Shown: one piece after another, positions 14,666-16,695 of the stretch
Layout of the letters: every line of letters starts with the position of its first letter
Numbering within the stretch: the stretch's first letter is position 1
NCBI GenBank assembly: GCA_902789365.1
Contig: CADANQ010000073.1
Span: 1-16,695, forward strand
Source of the DNA: an uncultured Eubacteriales bacterium
GTDB lineage: Bacteria; Bacillota; Clostridia; Christensenellales; Aristaeellaceae
DNA: 16,695 bases
Reading direction: 5' to 3'
Translations under genes and position numbers: made by a program
The notes under the pieces: generated by a model
What the model saw: only the letters and a program-made list of their open reading frames with translations
Told to the model about the DNA's origin: nothing
The model's database searches: none

Positions 14666-15814
14666 TCACTTGACAGCAAAGCCGTTTTCGGCGGCGTACG
14701 CCGCGGCGGCGGATCCCTCGCCGCAGCTGATGGTGAACCTGGGAATCGGCACGAACTCACCGTCTTTATAATCATAGCCGAAAGCCTGTTCCCCGATCGT
14801 TTTTACACTGTCCGGGATGGCGGCCGAGGTGATCCGCGAGCAGCCGTTAAAAGCAAAACTATCGATGAATGCAACAGTATCCGGTATGTCAAGCTTCCCG
14901 GTGAAGCCGGAGCACATGCTGAACGCGCCCCAGCCGATGCGGGTCACGCCGGAAGGGATCACAAGCTTCCCGGTGAAGCCACGGCAGAGATAGAACGCGT
15001 CGCCTTCTATTTTTTTGAGGCCTGAAGGAAGCCGGAGCTCCTCGGTGAGGTATACGCAGCATTGAAAAGCATACTCCCCGATCTCGGTCACGCTGTCCGG
15101 GAAGGTGATGCTGCCCCTCAGCCCGTCGCAGTTTTCGAATGCCGATTTTGCAATCCTCGTCACGCCGTCGGGGATGACGTAATCGTTCATCGTTTTCCCC
15201 CCAGGGGCTGCCAGCAGCACCGTTCCGTCGGCGGTAAACAGGATACCTTTTACCGTTTTGTAGTTTTCGTTCCCTTTGGAAACTGTAAACAGGGTCAAAC
15301 CTGTGCATCCGCCGAACGCCCCTTCCCCGATGTATGTGACCCCGGCGGGGATTGTGACCTTCCCCTTCAGGCCGATACAGATTCGGAACGCGTTCTCCCC
15401 GATCTCACGGAGGGATTCCGGCAGCTTGAGCGACCCCGTAAGACACATACACCAGCAGAACGCGCCTTCGGAAATGACTTCCAAAGAATCGGGAAGCGCC
15501 AGTTCCCCGGAAAATTGGCAGTTGAAGAAAGCGGAGTCGCCGATCCGGACGATACCTTCCGGAATCGTCAGCTTCCCCGACAGGTCCTCACGATCATAGA
15601 ACGCCATATCGCCGATGCGCGTTACACTGTATCCGTCCACCTCGGCAGGTATGGTCATATCTGCGCCCGTACCTGTGTAACCCGTGATCTCCGCGGTTCC
15701 GTCCTCCAGGAGAACATATTCAAAAGCGCCGCAGGTGCGCTTTTCCGGCGAAAGCGCCGAAGCAAAGGCCGGAAGCAGCGCCAATGCCAGCAGCAGAGCA
15801 AACAGTTTTCTCAT
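14666..15814 (-). CDS. Secreted BspA-type leucine-rich-repeat (LRR_5) protein.
   Basis: A GGAGGG RBS is present. The signal peptide is MRKLFALLLALALLPAFASA. There are about 12 repeats of IPxxVtxIGxxAFxxCxxLtgxLxLP and a BspA-type C-terminal cap. Confidence 0.85.
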   Translation of the reverse strand: MRKLFALLLALALLPAFASALSPEKRTCGAFEYVLLEDGTAEITGYTGTGADMTIPAEVDGYSVTRIGDMAFYDREDLSGKLTIPEGIVRIGDSAFFNCQFSGELALPDSLEVISEGAFCWCMCLTGSLKLPESLREIGENAFRICIGLKGKVTIPAGVTYIGEGAFGGCTGLTLFTVSKGNENYKTVKGILFTADGTVLLAAPGGKTMNDYVIPDGVTRIAKSAFENCDGLRGSITFPDSVTEIGEYAFQCCVYLTEELRLPSGLKKIEGDAFYLCRGFTGKLVIPSGVTRIGWGAFSMCSGFTGKLDIPDTVAFIDSFAFNGCSRITSAAIPDSVKTIGEQAFGYDYKDGEFVPIPRFTISCGEGSAAAAYAAENGFAVK

Positions 15815-15874
15815 ACCCGCCCTCCGTTATTCCGTTATTTTCGGCCCGATCCTTCACCGGACCATTACGAACAA

Positions 15875-15904
15875 ATTATATCATGTTCTCCGAGCGGCGG
15901 TCAA
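15875..15904 (-). promoter_or_regulatory. Promoter TTGACC-N18-TGaTATAAT (extended -10) for the LRR/PH operon.
   Basis: The -35 is the RC of 15899-15904 and the -10 is the RC of 15875-15880 with TG upstream. This leaves a ~55-nt leader. Confidence 0.5.
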
Positions 15905-15986
15905 GGAACAGCCCCCGCTCCTTTTCCCGCGATTTCGTCCCCCCGCGTAAAAAACGCCGACGCGACAATGATCCGCCCCGGAACCG

Positions 15987-16024
15987 GAAAAACGCAAAAG
16001 GGACCGCCCTTTCGGGACAGTCCG
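15987..16024 (-). terminator. Intrinsic terminator of ybjQ.
   Basis: On the minus strand the hairpin GGACUGUCCC-GAAA-GGGCGGUCC is followed by CUUUUGCGUUUUUCC. Confidence 0.45.
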
Positions 16025-16071
16025 CGGATAAGCGTTTGCCGGGCGGAAGAATCGTTCTCCCCGCGCCGGGG

Positions 16072-16383
16072 TTATTTGAATTTGACCGCCGTGCCGTAAG
16101 CCATGACTTCCGCGGCGCTCTGCATGATGCTCGACGTGGTATAACGTACGCATACGACAGCGTCCGCCCCCATGTTCTTTGCTTCCTCCGTCATCCGGTC
16201 GGTGGCGATCCGACGCGCGTTGTCCATCATTTCGTTGTATTTCTTCAGTTCGCCGCCCACCAGGGTTTTAAAGCTCGCGCCGATATCCCTGAAGGCGTTG
16301 ACCGTCTGGATGGTGCTGCCCTTGACAATGCCCAGCTGCTCCAGTTCCTTGCCCGCGATGTTTTCCGTTGTCACGATAAGCAT
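16072..16383 (-). CDS. ybjQ: YbjQ/UPF0145 (DUF74) family protein.
   Basis: The start is the second ATG (MLIVTTENIAG...), preceded by an AAAGGGG RBS. The product is collinear with E. coli YbjQ (...GGELKKYNEMMDNARRIA...GADAVVCVRY...GTAVK). Confidence 0.8.
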   Translation of the reverse strand: MLIVTTENIAGKELEQLGIVKGSTIQTVNAFRDIGASFKTLVGGELKKYNEMMDNARRIATDRMTEEAKNMGADAVVCVRYTTSSIMQSAAEVMAYGTAVKFK

Positions 16384-16485
16384 AACGAAACCCCTTTCTC
16401 TTCCCTTTGTTTTCATTTTTCGTGTTTTGTTTCCGCTCCGCCGCGGCGCCGGCCTTCCCGGCGCCCGACCGGCTTTCTGAATATC

Positions 16486-16514
16486 ATTATCATGATTTCA
16501 TGTACAACTGTCAA
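16486..16514 (-). promoter_or_regulatory. Consensus sigma-A promoter TTGACA-N17-GATAAT for ybjQ.
   Basis: The -35 is the RC of 16509-16514 and the -10 is the RC of 16486-16491. It lies immediately downstream, in the minus sense, of the third repeat-element copy. Confidence 0.55.
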
Positions 16515-16525
16515 GTTATTCATAA

Positions 16526-16695
16526 CGTATCTGTTCAGTCCTGCGGACAGTTTAGATACCGCGGGGGGTACCCGTACCCCCCGCGAACCCCCCGGACGAA
16601 GAGGGGAGTCCGGGGAAGGGAAACCCCTTCCCCGAGTCCTGAGCCTCGCCGGCGGCGCTTACTTTCCTGCGTCCAAGCGGCACCGCCGGCCGGGT
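16526..16695 (+). repeat. Left part of a third MITE-like element copy. It runs off the window's right edge.
   Basis: 16526-16620 is about 90% identical to 1327-1420, with the same left TIR cgtatctgttcagtcc and an identical H2 palindrome ccgcggggggtacccgtaccccccgcg. H3 differs by one G-to-A change that preserves pairing as a G·U wobble. Homology with the element's right-hand module resumes at aagcgg (16676), at the expected offset of ~150 bp. Confidence 0.55.

Noticed and set aside
1-16695. The repeats at 1..100, 1327..1567 and 16526..end considered as a CRISPR array, or as att sites of an integrated element spanning ~15 kb.
   Set aside because: There are only 2-3 copies, each 95-240 bp long, with irregular spacing, so this is not CRISPR. 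The intervening DNA carries housekeeping genes (fbp, ogg, ybjQ) and has no integrase. The TIR+TSD structure of the complete copy fits a MITE better than attL/attR.

Overview
This is a high-GC (~60%) stretch of a Firmicute/Clostridia-like chromosome. The Bacillus-type class III fructose-1,6-bisphosphatase, the BspA-type LRR protein and a clostridial extracellular domain point that way. I support 12 protein genes; all other long ORFs in the track are antisense artefacts typical of GC-rich coding DNA.

The most interesting locus is a translationally coupled three-gene minus-strand operon (9177 to 3396). It encodes (i) an SPFH/band-7 protein carrying three N-terminal and three C-terminal zinc ribbons, (ii) a small four-helix membrane protein, and (iii) a 1099-aa single-pass membrane protein. 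The large protein reads N-to-C as zinc ribbon, TIR domain with the putative catalytic Glu retained, coiled coil, transmembrane helix, four near-identical 44-aa TPR-like repeats, and a C-terminal extracellular domain of the clostridial DUF6273 type. I read this as a candidate membrane-anchored TIR signalling or defence module that, as far as I know, is undescribed.

Second, the window holds three copies of a ~241-bp MITE-like element at 1..100, 1327..1567 and 16526..end. The complete copy has 16-bp terminal inverted repeats, a 6-bp ATTATT target duplication and three strong internal palindromes. It sits between a consensus promoter and the RBS of an orphan gene. It also carries its own RBS, ATG and a short ORF. 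A third copy abuts the promoter of ybjQ.

Other oddities are a 970-bp ORF-free convergent intergenic region, a 13-mer present three times in non-coding DNA, a 12-unit heptamer microsatellite in a 3' UTR, and nearly identical 132-bp in-frame tandem repeats inside the TIR gene.

I found no tRNA, rRNA or CRISPR.
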